From positions 1 to 60,438 of the forward strand of contig JAVRCV020000027.1 of NCBI GenBank assembly GCA_034530615.2: a DNA stretch of 60,438 nucleotides. The letters are read 5' to 3'. Below are positions 30,096 to 40,034 of this stretch, one piece after another. This DNA is from Aulosira sp. ZfuVER01 (GTDB taxonomy: Bacteria; Cyanobacteriota; Cyanobacteriia; Cyanobacteriales; Nostocaceae). How positions within the stretch are numbered: the stretch's first letter is position 1; every line of letters starts with the position of its first letter. The translations under genes and the position numbers were made by a program. The notes beneath the pieces are model-generated. The model was not told the DNA's origin, did no database searches, and worked only from the letters and a program-made list of their open reading frames with translations.

Positions 30096-30545
30096 ATGAC
30101 AAACTCTAAAAAGATTAGTGACGATCTCAGTGCAGCTGGACAAATAACCCCAGAGGAATTACAACAAGCAGCAGATGAGGGTTTCAAGTCGGTAATAAAT
30201 TTACGTTCCTCCGATGAGCAGGGTTTTTTGAGTGACGAACAGCAAAAAGCAGAAGCAGCTGGATTGCAATACGCCAATATTCCCTTAAAACCTACGGAAC
30301 CAAATCAAGAGTTAACCAAAGCAGCACTTGAGGAAATTGCTAATTTACCCAAACCGATATTAATTCACTGTGCTGCTGGTGCTAGAGCATCGGGAATAGC
30401 CTTGATTGCCAATGCGGTTCAAGAAGGTCTGACTTATGAACAAATTACCCAAAAAGCCGCTGATTTAGGAATTAGTTTAGAACAGCCCCACCTGAAGCCA
30501 TTCCTACTGGAGAAATATACTATTAAGCCAGCAGACAAAAGTTAG
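30096..30545 (+). CDS. DUF442/Blh-like sulfurtransferase (PTP-like fold)
   Basis: GQITPE, GFKSVINLR, PILIHCAAGAR (CX5R-like loop). Confidence 0.75.
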   Translation: MTNSKKISDDLSAAGQITPEELQQAADEGFKSVINLRSSDEQGFLSDEQQKAEAAGLQYANIPLKPTEPNQELTKAALEEIANLPKPILIHCAAGARASGIALIANAVQEGLTYEQITQKAADLGISLEQPHLKPFLLEKYTIKPADKS

Positions 30546-30574
30546 TTTTAAAATTTGGAGAAAACTTCTGCGCT

Positions 30575-31102
30575 TCAATCATCATCATCAATAATTGCAG
30601 AATTCCCAGCATTATCCTGTTTGTTCTCACCCACAATAAATTCAAACAAGCGGTTCAACCGTTTTACCCCACTAAGAATAATCAGAGTCAGCAATCCCCC
30701 TATTAAACCCATTTGCCACAAACCACAGCCGATTGCTGCTCCTAACCCAGCCGCAGTCCAGACACAAGCAGCTGTAGTTAATCCTCGAACTTTTGGCCTC
30801 TCAGACTTTCTGGGAGACTCTTGTAAAATCAATCCGGCTCCGAGAAATCCCACTCCAGTAGCTACCCCCTGAATCGTCCGACTCAAGGCGTTGGTAGCTG
30901 CATAAGGACTATCACCCTCAGCCTGCAAAGGAATCATCACAAATAATGCAGCTCCCATACTTACCAACATGAAAGTTCTCATGCCTGCTGGTCTACCCCC
31001 TTGCTGACGATTGAATCCAATCATGCAACCCACCACAAGGGCTAAAGCTAGCCTCAATGCTATGTGTGGCCAATCGTTGGGGGTAAGCAACATATCTCCC
31101 AT
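30575..31102 (-). CDS. MgtC/SapB family membrane protein
   Basis: PAGMRTFMLV, GVGFLGAG, VRGLTTAA. Confidence 0.9.
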   Translation of the reverse strand: MGDMLLTPNDWPHIALRLALALVVGCMIGFNRQQGGRPAGMRTFMLVSMGAALFVMIPLQAEGDSPYAATNALSRTIQGVATGVGFLGAGLILQESPRKSERPKVRGLTTAACVWTAAGLGAAIGCGLWQMGLIGGLLTLIILSGVKRLNRLFEFIVGENKQDNAGNSAIIDDDD

Positions 31103-31174
31103 TGCCGGATTCCTTCTTTGAGATAGAGAACGGAATTTTGCACCTACTGACAGAGTTATAAGTAAAAATTTAAC

Positions 31175-31200
31175 TACTGTAAGTCAATAGGTTTAATTGA
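31175..31200. promoter_or_regulatory. 26-bp operator, one deviant arm
   Basis: TACTGTAAGTCAATAGGTTTAATTGA. Confidence 0.45.
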
Positions 31201-31577
31201 TATTAACGACAGTTTAACAAAAGATTAATAATAAGTAAATTAATATATATAGTTCCGCTATTGCTAAAAAGACGTAATGGTTAAAACCTCAAATTTGGTT
31301 AAATTGCCGCATTGTTGTCGCGTTGATCTGCGGTAGCAGGCATTGTAACAGTGATAGGATATCGGGCATGGGCTGTTCCTAGGTTTTGAGTTGTCGTTTA
31401 GGAAGACAACAACTCTACTATGTCAGCCCTCTCTCTTCATACTCTTTTTTTGGCGAAGGTATTGCAAGTAACTACCGCTTTATTGTTCTGTTGGTTTGCT
31501 AGAAGATAGTTATTACCTCGATAAATATCAAACTGCTGAATTGTATATAGCAAAGTCCTTAAAGCAAGGTTGAATAC

Positions 31578-32129
31578 ATGGAAGCTTTTAACAAAAGACT
31601 TGAAACCGAAATGATTAAAAGCGAACTAGCAAAGCAAATTTATGCAGTTTCTCATCTTGTTGGTTCGTTTCAACTGCGTTCTGGACGAATATCAAGTGAA
31701 TACTTTGATAAGTATCAATTTGAGGCAAATCCGAGCTTACTTGATGCTATTGTGAAGCAGATGGTTAATCTCATTCCCAGCGATACTGAAGTACTGGCTG
31801 GTCTTGAACTTGGTGCTATTTCCATAGTGACACTCTTATCACACTACTCTGGCTTACCCACTGCTTTCGTGAGAAAAGAAGCGAAAAAATATGGAACTTC
31901 CCGATTAGCTGAAGGTGCCCAGATTAATAATCGGAAAGTGCTGATTGTAGAAGATGTAGTAACTTCTGGTGGTCAAATCGTCATCTCAGCCCATCAGCTT
32001 CGTCAACTTGGGGCTGAAATTGATTACGCACTCTGCGTTATCGATCGCGAGGAAGGTGCTGTTGACAAACTCTTAGCTGAAGGTATCGTACTGCTTTCTC
32101 TGCTCAAGCGTAGTGACTTACCTATCTAA
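31578..32129 (+). CDS. pyrE: Orotate phosphoribosyltransferase
   Basis: FQLRSG..S.YFDK, FVRKEAKKYG, VEDVVTSGG. Confidence 0.85.
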   Translation: MEAFNKRLETEMIKSELAKQIYAVSHLVGSFQLRSGRISSEYFDKYQFEANPSLLDAIVKQMVNLIPSDTEVLAGLELGAISIVTLLSHYSGLPTAFVRKEAKKYGTSRLAEGAQINNRKVLIVEDVVTSGGQIVISAHQLRQLGAEIDYALCVIDREEGAVDKLLAEGIVLLSLLKRSDLPI

Positions 32130-32159
32130 AAATCGCTAATTCTTATTCAACCCCAAAAT

Positions 32160-33572
32160 ATGTCAGAAATTACCGATTTATCAGCTTCTCAACTGTTATC
32201 ATTATACCGCGATCGCCAATTATCACCAGTTGAAGCCACCAAAGCAGCCCTAGAACGGATCGATACTTACAACAGCTCAGTTAATGCTTTTGCGATCGTT
32301 GATGAAAAGACAGCTCTTGCTGAAGCGTATGCCTCAGAAGTGCGATGGTTAAATGGGAATCCCCTAGGCTTGGTGGATGGAATACCTTTTACTGCCAAAG
32401 ATTTACTGTTAACTAAAGCTTTACCAACACGCCGAGGAAGTAAAGCGATTATTGCCAATCAACCTTGGGAAGAAGATGCACCTGCGGTAGCCCGTCTACG
32501 CGAACAGGGAGCAGTTTTACTCGGAAAAACCACAACCCCGGAATTTGGTTGGAAGGGTGTCACCGATAGTCCTCTGACTGGAATCACCCGCAATCCTTGG
32601 AATACAGCACTAACTCCTGGAGGTAGTAGCGGCGGGGCGGCTGTTGCTGCTGCATTGGGGATGGGAACACTCCATCTCGGTACAGATGGGGGTGGATCGT
32701 CAAGAACACCAGCAGCGTTAACAGGTGTGTTTGGTTTCAAACCTACTTTTGGGCGTGTGGCTGGCTATCCATCAGCCCATACAGGAACTCTGTTTCATAT
32801 TGGCGTTTTGGTTCGCACTGTTTCCGATGCAGCCGTCACGTTGAATGCGATCGCTCATCCAGATGTGCGTGATTGGTATGCTTTACCAGATGCGCAACAA
32901 GACTATACTTTGAATTTAGATCGGGGTGTAGCGGGGCTGCGAATTGCTTACAGTCCCAACTTTGGCTACGCTGAAGTTGAACCAGAAGTAGCCGCCTTGG
33001 TTAAAGCCGCAGTTGATGTATTTGCAAAACTTGGTGCAGTTGTCGAAGAAGTCGATCCTGGTTTTTCCAATCCCCGCAGTATTTTCCAAACCTTATGGAA
33101 AGTGGGTGCAGCCAAGTTACTGCGTGGTTTTAGTCCAGAACAACAAGCTGTGATTGAAGAAGGCTTGCAGGCTAATGCCAAAGAAGGCGGGAGCATTACA
33201 CTAGCAGAATATCTCAGCGCCCAAGATGCTCGCGAAGCTTTAGGAAGACATCTGCAACACTTTCACGCCAACTATGATTTACTGATTACTCCCACCTTAC
33301 CTGTAGTTGCTTTTCCCGTCGGACAAAACAGACCCCCGTCATATATTGACCATCCCGAACGAGATTGGTCGCCTTTTTCTTATCCTTTTAATCTCACACA
33401 ACAACCTGCTGCATCTGTACCTTGCGGCTTTACTAAAAACGGCTTACCTGTAGGTATCCAAATTGTCGCTGCCAAGTACAGAGATTTACTAGTATTGCAA
33501 GCAGCTAAAGCTTATGAAACCGTTTCTCCTTTCATTATGCCTTCGGAAGTGAACACAAATCTTTCTCGGTAA
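32160..33572 (+). CDS. Amidase-signature family amidase
   Basis: KD, GGSSGG, GTDGGGSSRTPA. Confidence 0.9.
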   Translation: MSEITDLSASQLLSLYRDRQLSPVEATKAALERIDTYNSSVNAFAIVDEKTALAEAYASEVRWLNGNPLGLVDGIPFTAKDLLLTKALPTRRGSKAIIANQPWEEDAPAVARLREQGAVLLGKTTTPEFGWKGVTDSPLTGITRNPWNTALTPGGSSGGAAVAAALGMGTLHLGTDGGGSSRTPAALTGVFGFKPTFGRVAGYPSAHTGTLFHIGVLVRTVSDAAVTLNAIAHPDVRDWYALPDAQQDYTLNLDRGVAGLRIAYSPNFGYAEVEPEVAALVKAAVDVFAKLGAVVEEVDPGFSNPRSIFQTLWKVGAAKLLRGFSPEQQAVIEEGLQANAKEGGSITLAEYLSAQDAREALGRHLQHFHANYDLLITPTLPVVAFPVGQNRPPSYIDHPERDWSPFSYPFNLTQQPAASVPCGFTKNGLPVGIQIVAAKYRDLLVLQAAKAYETVSPFIMPSEVNTNLSR

Positions 33573-33600
33573 CTTCAGATGTACTACAAAGAAAAAGACC

Positions 33601-34020
33601 ATGACTGAACTCATCACAGGAGGGTGTCTTTGCGGCTATGTGCGATATGAGTATCAGGGAGAACTAGAAGCCGCGAACTATTGCCATTGTCGAGATTGTA
33701 GAAAAGCCACAGGTAGCGCTTTCAATATTGGAATTCGTCTACAATCAGCCGCATTGCATATCGTAACAGGTCAAGTGAAGAGTTATACGAAAAATGGAGA
33801 CAGTGGTAACAGCATCACTCGTGAATTCTGCCCAGAATGCGGTTCACCCCTGTTTACGAGAGCACCAGCAAAGCCCCAATTCGTCTGGCTGAAAGCAGGA
33901 AGTCTGGACAATCCCCAGTTGGTTAAGCCGATGCATCAAATCTGGACTGATTCCGCAGTGCCTTGGGCTTACATTGATCCTGAGCTACCCGGGTTTTCGC
34001 GAAATCGCCATAGTGTATGA
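33601..34020 (+). CDS. GFA (CENP-V) family protein
   Basis: GGCLCG, CHCRDCRK, FCPECGSP. Confidence 0.9.
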   Translation: MTELITGGCLCGYVRYEYQGELEAANYCHCRDCRKATGSAFNIGIRLQSAALHIVTGQVKSYTKNGDSGNSITREFCPECGSPLFTRAPAKPQFVWLKAGSLDNPQLVKPMHQIWTDSAVPWAYIDPELPGFSRNRHSV

Positions 34021-34063
34021 CTGTGTTAGTCTGATGCAGAGAAACTGGATCGTAATTGGTAAT

Positions 34064-34495
34064 TCATCCCGTTAATAAATATTGTTGAAGAAAAGCATTC
34101 ACTTCATCGGCACATAACCCGACATGAACTGTTTTTCCTGCTTGTTTGAGAATATCTAATCCTTTACCGTTATTGCGAGGCTCTGGATCAACTATCGAGA
34201 CATATATTTCTTGAATGCGAGGGTCTTTAGCGATCGCCAAAGCACAAGAGGGTGTACGTCCTTGAAAAGAACAAGGTTCAAGAGTAACGTAGATTTGCAA
34301 AAACTGTAAATCTTGACCTTGAATGTGGGTTAGTGCATCAGCCTCAGCATGATGTTTTCCAGGTGAATGCGTATATCCTACTGCTACTATCTCACCAGAA
34401 TGGACTATTACACAACCTACTGGTGGGTTAGGTAAGCATTCTGGTAAAGCTTTTCTGCTTTGAGCTAAAGCAGCCAGCATAAATTTATCGTCCAT
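34064..34495 (-). CDS. Stand-alone RibD-like deaminase domain
   Basis: PNPPVGCVIV, HAE, TLEPCSFQGRTPSC. Confidence 0.85.
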   Translation of the reverse strand: MDDKFMLAALAQSRKALPECLPNPPVGCVIVHSGEIVAVGYTHSPGKHHAEADALTHIQGQDLQFLQIYVTLEPCSFQGRTPSCALAIAKDPRIQEIYVSIVDPEPRNNGKGLDILKQAGKTVHVGLCADEVNAFLQQYLLTG

Positions 34496-34573
34496 ATTCT
34501 TGAATTTTTAAACCTGATAAAAAACTAGCACCATCAATAAATTATCAGGTGCGTTAGTTTACTACATAACATC

Positions 34574-35484
34574 GCTAACGGTGTGGCTGGGACTGGTGGT
34601 CCCTATATACACCTCCCGTACTGGCTGACTTACCACGCACGCTCTATGCACATACCGCTGATGCCATCGATTTTGCAGCGCTGTGCGGTAAGACTGTAGC
34701 AGTGCTAGGTGCAGCGGCTTCAGCTTTCGACGCAGCAGGGGTAGCCCTAGAATCGGGAGCGAAAGCAGTACATCTGTTTGCAAGGCGCTCGGCGATCGCA
34801 TCTCTACCAATCCTGCGGGTACGGGGGTATCCTGGTGCCTACTACAACTATCCACAACTGCCTGATGCAGCTCGCTGGTTCCAGGCTTGGCGCTTTCGCC
34901 AGGTAGGCTCTACACCACCACCGGATGCGGTTGAACGAGCGATCGCCTTTTCCAATTTCCACTTGCACCTATCTGCACCTTGGAAATCTGCACAGGAAAA
35001 AGGCGGGCGTATCGTGGCTCAGGTGAACGATGATGTATTCGAGTTTGATTTTGCGATCGCGGGTACAGGTTACTTTGTCGATCCGACAAAGCGCCCCGAA
35101 CTAGCGGACTTTGCCCAGCACATTGCCTTGTGGCGCGATCGCTACGAACCACCAGCCGACCAGCGCGACGATGATTTAGGAACGCACCCATACCTCGGTA
35201 GCGCCCACGAATACCTAGAGAAAGTACCTGGCACTGCGCCCTACCTCAAAGATATCCACATCTTCAATCCTGCTGGTTTCGTTAGCTTCGGTCTGCCCAT
35301 TGGTGACGTACCCAGCATTCGCCGCGATGTGCCTGCAATAGTGTCGCGCATCAGTCACGACTTATTCTTCACCGACTGGGAGCAACACGAGGCACGCATC
35401 ACCAGCGACAACATTGCACCCGATTTTGAGGAATCACTGTACGCCGCAGCAGTTTGGAAACAGCCAGCTAAGGCTCATCCGTGA
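34574..35484 (+). pseudogene. FAD/NAD(P)-dependent oxidoreductase (HpyO-like), N-terminus missing
   Basis: Frame open from ANGVAGTGGPYIP through VAVLGAAASAFD and IAGTGY; first FAD-binding motif absent. Confidence 0.7.
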
Positions 35485-35750
35485 GAGATTAAGAGAATTA
35501 CAGAGCTAGTCCATAAATAAGACAACCCTAATAAGCGTTTAACAAAATAAAAAGCTTCTTCAATTCTCCATCTTCGTCCATAAATCAGGGGGAAGGAGGC
35601 GAGCGACGCTTGCCTTCTTCCCCCTCCCCACCGCATGATTATCATTCTTATATCTAAAACTTTGAGTACTTTAGCTCATTAACAAAACACACTTTTATTT
35701 AACCCTTCACGAGTGGGCTTATGTTGGTCTTCTTTTTTTGTTTTTAATTT

Positions 35751-36239
35751 TTACTTTTTTAATTTGAGTTCCATAAATATTTCGGCTATTTCATTGTCAT
35801 TATATTTATTAATTTCTTGAAATCCATATCTTTCAAAAATCTTCCTAGCTGCAATAGATTTTCTCATTGTATCCAATCTTAATATATGTAATTCGTTTTT
35901 TTTTGCATTCACTAATAAATGTTCCATTAATAATGTACCTATTCCTTTATTCTGATATGAAGGTAAAACAAAGTACCTTTTAATCTCTCCTATTTTATCT
36001 ATTTTGTTTAATATTTTTAATGCAATACTTCCAATTACTGCGGCATTTTCCCTCATAATCCAGAAATTTCCCCCTTGACTTTGGTATATATTTTCAATGT
36101 TCCTTATATCTGACTGTAAGCCAGTTGGATCAAATTTATATCCTCTGTACAAATACATTATTTCCAAAAAATCTTCCAAACTAGCTTGGAATTCGGAACT
36201 GTATGAGATTAATTCCATTTCTTCAAAGGGAGTTTTCAC
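35751..36239 (-). CDS. GNAT acetyltransferase (very AT-rich)
   Basis: GEIKRYFVLPSYQNKGIG; LRLDT; FERYGF. Confidence 0.85.
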   Translation of the reverse strand: MKTPFEEMELISYSSEFQASLEDFLEIMYLYRGYKFDPTGLQSDIRNIENIYQSQGGNFWIMRENAAVIGSIALKILNKIDKIGEIKRYFVLPSYQNKGIGTLLMEHLLVNAKKNELHILRLDTMRKSIAARKIFERYGFQEINKYNDNEIAEIFMELKLKK

Positions 36240-36378
36240 TTTACGTTTAATCGAAATCAGAGTTGGTTAAACTAGCTAATGCGCAATTACCTTAACCTCT
36301 CACAGATGATGTTGGATTAAGAAGCAGGGGGCAGGGAGCAGGAGAAAGAAAGAACTTATGACCAATGCCCTATGCCCA

Positions 36379-36620
36379 TTAGAAAAATCCTCTTTTCGGC
36401 AGCGGCGTGCCGTTGATTTCGTAGTCTCCGATCGCACGCGCTTTGAAGTGACTTGGATTGTGAGATGCCAAAGTGCGAGCATTACGCCAATGACGATCGT
36501 AGTTGTAGCTTTGCTTTGTGGTTGAAGCTCCCCCAACTTCAAATAATAGGGTAGCTGAACGTAGTGCCAACTCATCAACAATCAATTTGGCTTTGGCTGC
36601 ACTTAAGTTTATAGCTATTA
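36379..36620 (-). pseudogene. C-terminal fragment of SfnB/DszC-type monooxygenase
   Basis: LFEVGGAS...YDRHWRNARTLASHNP...KARAIGD. Confidence 0.8.
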
Positions 36621-36637
36621 GAGGAAGTGGCAGCATA

Positions 36638-37299
36638 AGGAAGTTTGGGAAAAATTAAACCATACACTACGTGGTCAGGTTCGCGCAAAATTAGGTAAAT
36701 CAACACAACCAACTGCGATAAGCCTAACGGCATAGCTTCGCTTACCGCAGCAGATAGCCAGTCGGTAAAAACGACCCAAAAAAGGGAGCCAGCGCGTTGC
36801 GGGGGTTCCCCCCGTTGTAGCGACTGGCGTGGGATGTGTACGGGTTTGATGGGGGTAAGCTAGTCAAAGGAAGGAAACGCTCCTCAATCGTTGATAGCCT
36901 TGGGCTATTGCTCAAAGTGCTTGTGAGTGAAGGCAATGCCCCTGAAAGAGTGCTTGCAGCGTATGCTTTGATGGAACTGGTGGAGGAACGCCCAGAATTA
37001 TTGGAAAAAGTTGAAGTCATTTGGGTTGACTCGGGGTACGACGGCGATAAGTTTGCGCGCTTCGGTTTGGCTGATGATCCAAGCTCATGTTGAGGTCATA
37101 CGCCGTACTGATAAAGATTTTGAAGTTTTACCTAAGCGTTGGGTAGTAGAAAGAACATTCGGTTGGTTTAACCAGTACCATCGTTTGAGTAAGGATTATG
37201 AACGTCTTCCGGAGATGAACGAAGCTGCCATATATGCTGTTATGACTCGTATTATGTTACGTCTAGCCGTCTAAAGATTTGCTTTATAAACAGTCTCTA
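36638..37299 (+). mobile_element. Truncated IS5-family element, transposase pseudogene with two small-repeat insertions
   Basis: [53 protein letters not shown]; inserts at 36720-36745 and about 36786-36830. Confidence 0.85.
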
Positions 37300-37516
37300 A
37301 ATAAAGATAAAAACTGGGAAGAAACTGCAAAGCAATTTTTGACTGAGGTGCAATGGAATGGGTGAAATTAATGATTTGAGATTTACGGCACCGCCGGAAG
37401 ATTTAAAGCGATGGGAACAGATAAATTCAGCAATATTTAATAATATCAAACGAATAATCAAAAATATAAATTACTATTATATTTTCCGAAATAAACACTG
37501 CTCTATCAGTTAATTT

Positions 37517-37580
37517 GAAGCCAGAAAAATGCTCCTAAATGCCGCAGAATCCCCAGCGTCCAGTGTACGCTTTGTTGGGG
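37517..37580 (-). mobile_element. Truncated attC-like site downstream of methyltransferase
   Basis: Minus strand, 5 nt after the stop: CCCCAAC-AAAGCGTACACTGGACGCTGGGGATTCTGCGGCATTTAGGAGCATTTTTCTGGCTTC; matching GTTGGGC core at 38365-38371 upstream of the gene. Confidence 0.6.
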
Positions 37581-37585
37581 TTCCT

Positions 37586-38338
37586 TTATGCAGGCTTTCT
37601 GCTGGCTTTTAAAAACAAAGGCCATTGCACTAATTTAGTTTTACCAGGCTCATTCCAGATTGTTTTCAATTTTATCTCCAGTTGGTCAACTGGGTCGTTT
37701 CCAAGTTCTGCTGAATAGCGTTTCACCGCAGACCAAGTACGGAAATACCCTAATAATTGCTGTAAATTCCACTCTACCTTCATTGAAAAATTTTTTGGGA
37801 TGTTAATTTCATCAAACGGAAGGACTAAATCACGATAGCCATTTTTTACTTGGCGATTGCCGCTTGCCCAAAATCGATCGATCGGCTCAAGTAAATTCTT
37901 AGTAATAGTTTCATCAATTTCGGGTTCAATTTCTAACCGACCATAACCCCAAACAGCTAAAATACCTTTTGGTTTTAGTACTCGTTCTACTTCTTGAAAA
38001 AATTTTTCTTGGTCAAACCAGTGTATTGCCAAAGCTACCATAACCAAATCAAATAACTGGTTTTCAAATGGGGTATGTTCAGCAGGAGAAACACTGTAGT
38101 TTATCTTATGATGTATGATGCAGTGTTGAATTTGCTCGACACTAATATCAGTTGCTTCAACATGTGAAAAAAATTTTGCACATGAAATGGCTGCTTGCCC
38201 ATTTCCAGTTGCACAATCCCAGGCGCGGTCGTGATATTCGGAAATTTCGCTCAAAAATAAAAAAAGCTCATCGGGGTATTGAGGTCTATGTTTGGCATAT
38301 TGTTCCGAATTGAGCGAAAAGCTTTGAATGTTGTTCAC
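37586..38338 (-). CDS. Class I SAM-dependent methyltransferase (cassette-like)
   Basis: YAKHRPQYP, AWDCATGNGQAA, ALAIHWFD. Confidence 0.85.
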   Translation of the reverse strand: MNNIQSFSLNSEQYAKHRPQYPDELFLFLSEISEYHDRAWDCATGNGQAAISCAKFFSHVEATDISVEQIQHCIIHHKINYSVSPAEHTPFENQLFDLVMVALAIHWFDQEKFFQEVERVLKPKGILAVWGYGRLEIEPEIDETITKNLLEPIDRFWASGNRQVKNGYRDLVLPFDEINIPKNFSMKVEWNLQQLLGYFRTWSAVKRYSAELGNDPVDQLEIKLKTIWNEPGKTKLVQWPLFLKASRKPA

Positions 38339-38646
38339 TGTTACTCCGATAAAAATAACTGGAAGCCCAACGGCTTAGTAGATTGCATTGCATACTGCTC
38401 GCATATCGGTTGTGCGCGGATGTCCTCCTTCTTTGGCTGGTGGGATCAAAGGAGCCAGGATTTCCCACTCCATATCATTTAAGTCTGTGGGATAAGACTT
38501 TCGTGCTATAAGCAACTATGTAAATACACTGTATATGAGGTATTTTAATCCTGGCGATTATCCTCTCCTACTTGCCTTTAGATTTACTTTATAAATAGCC
38601 TCTGAGTCATGGTTTTTCTCTGTGATAATTTTTTGAATAGCTGCAT

Positions 38647-39993
38647 CTAGCTAAAAGATGCGGTTGTGGTCTGAAAGAAGCGATTAGCGGGGCGAGCGAG
38701 TCCCAGATTTTCCCGCAGCGTCTTACCTTCGTACTCCTGGCGAAAAATCCCACGCCGTTGCAATTCTGGCACAACCTTATCTACAAAATCGTTCAGCCCC
38801 TCTGGCAGATAAGGGAACATGACATTGAACCCGTCAGACCCTTCCTCGGTGAGCCATTGTTCCATCTCATCGGCGATCGTTTGCGGTGTACCAACGAAAG
38901 CCAACCCACCGTAACTGCCGATACGTTGCGCGAGTTGCCGAATTGTGAGGTTTTCCCGCTGCGCCAGTGCTATTACTCGTTCGCGCGACGTATGACCTGC
39001 GTTAGTCGGGGGAATTTTTGGCAAGGGGCCATCTGGATCGAAGCCGGAAACATCATAGCCAAGGGCGCTATTCAGACTGGCGATGCCGCTGTCATAGTGT
39101 ACTAAGCTATCCAAATAGACACGCTTGGCGCGGGCTTCAGCGACAGTTTCCCCGACAATTACCAAAGCACCTGGAAGAATTTTGATGCTTTCTGGATCGC
39201 GTCCGATTGCCCTTACCCGCCCTTTAATGTCAGCAAAGAAGGCTTTACCTACCTCCAGACTACTAGCTGATGCAAACACCACCTCGGCAGTTTCCGCCGC
39301 TAATTGCCGACCTGCTTCGGAAGCACCCGCCTGAACAATCACAGGCCAACCTTGGACAGGTCTGGCGATGTTCAATGGCCCTCGTACCGAGAGATGTTTT
39401 CCCTGATGATTGAGAACGTGAATTTTTGCCGGATCGAAATAAATCCCTGATTCCACATCCCGAACAAACGCATCGTCAGCGAAGGAATCCCAAAGACCTG
39501 TAACAACATCATAGAATTCCCTAGCTCGGACGTAGCGTTCGTCATGTTCTACCTCTTCTTCCAAACCGAAGTTGAGCGCTGCATCGGGATTGGCTGTGGT
39601 AACGATGTTCCAACCTGCACGACCGCCACTGATATGGTCAAGAGACGCGAAGCGGCGAGCGATGTGGTAAGGCTGGTCATAGGTTGTGGAAGCGGTAGCT
39701 ACCAGCCCGATGCGTTCGGTGACGCTGGCAAGGGCAGACAGCAAAGTGAAAGGCTCAAAGGAGGTGACGGTGTGGCTGCGCTTGAGAGCATTTAGCGGCA
39801 TATTCAGCACTGCTAAATGATCGGCCATGAAGAAGGCATCAAACTTACCCTGCTCTAGTTTTTGAATAAATTGTTTCAGCGCTGGAAAGTTGAAATTCGC
39901 ATCAGGTAAAGCCCCAGGATAGCGCCAAGCGCCAGTATGTATGCTTACCGGACGCATGAATGCGCCCAGTTTCAATTGCTTCGATCTGCTCAT
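38647..39993 (-). CDS. NtaA/DszA/SoxA-family FMNH2-dependent monooxygenase
   Basis: FDAFFMADHL, FEPFTLLSALA, GRAGWNIVTT, QAGASEAG. Confidence 0.9.
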   Translation of the reverse strand: MSRSKQLKLGAFMRPVSIHTGAWRYPGALPDANFNFPALKQFIQKLEQGKFDAFFMADHLAVLNMPLNALKRSHTVTSFEPFTLLSALASVTERIGLVATASTTYDQPYHIARRFASLDHISGGRAGWNIVTTANPDAALNFGLEEEVEHDERYVRAREFYDVVTGLWDSFADDAFVRDVESGIYFDPAKIHVLNHQGKHLSVRGPLNIARPVQGWPVIVQAGASEAGRQLAAETAEVVFASASSLEVGKAFFADIKGRVRAIGRDPESIKILPGALVIVGETVAEARAKRVYLDSLVHYDSGIASLNSALGYDVSGFDPDGPLPKIPPTNAGHTSRERVIALAQRENLTIRQLAQRIGSYGGLAFVGTPQTIADEMEQWLTEEGSDGFNVMFPYLPEGLNDFVDKVVPELQRRGIFRQEYEGKTLRENLGLARPANRFFQTTTASFS

Positions 39994-40034
39994 CTTAAAT
40001 GGGTTATTAGTAAATACAAGTCTTTCAGTTCAAT

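Noticed and set aside
31277..31336. Cys-Cys leader peptide MVKTSNLVKLPHCCRVDLR
   Set aside because: No clear RBS or attenuator; an alternative frame looks like a decayed signal peptide, so a pseudogene remnant is as likely.
34547..34572. attC core upstream of the deaminase gene
   Set aside because: GGTGCGTTAG...CATAAC fits a common cyanobacterial REP-like repeat better, and there is no matching core after the stop.
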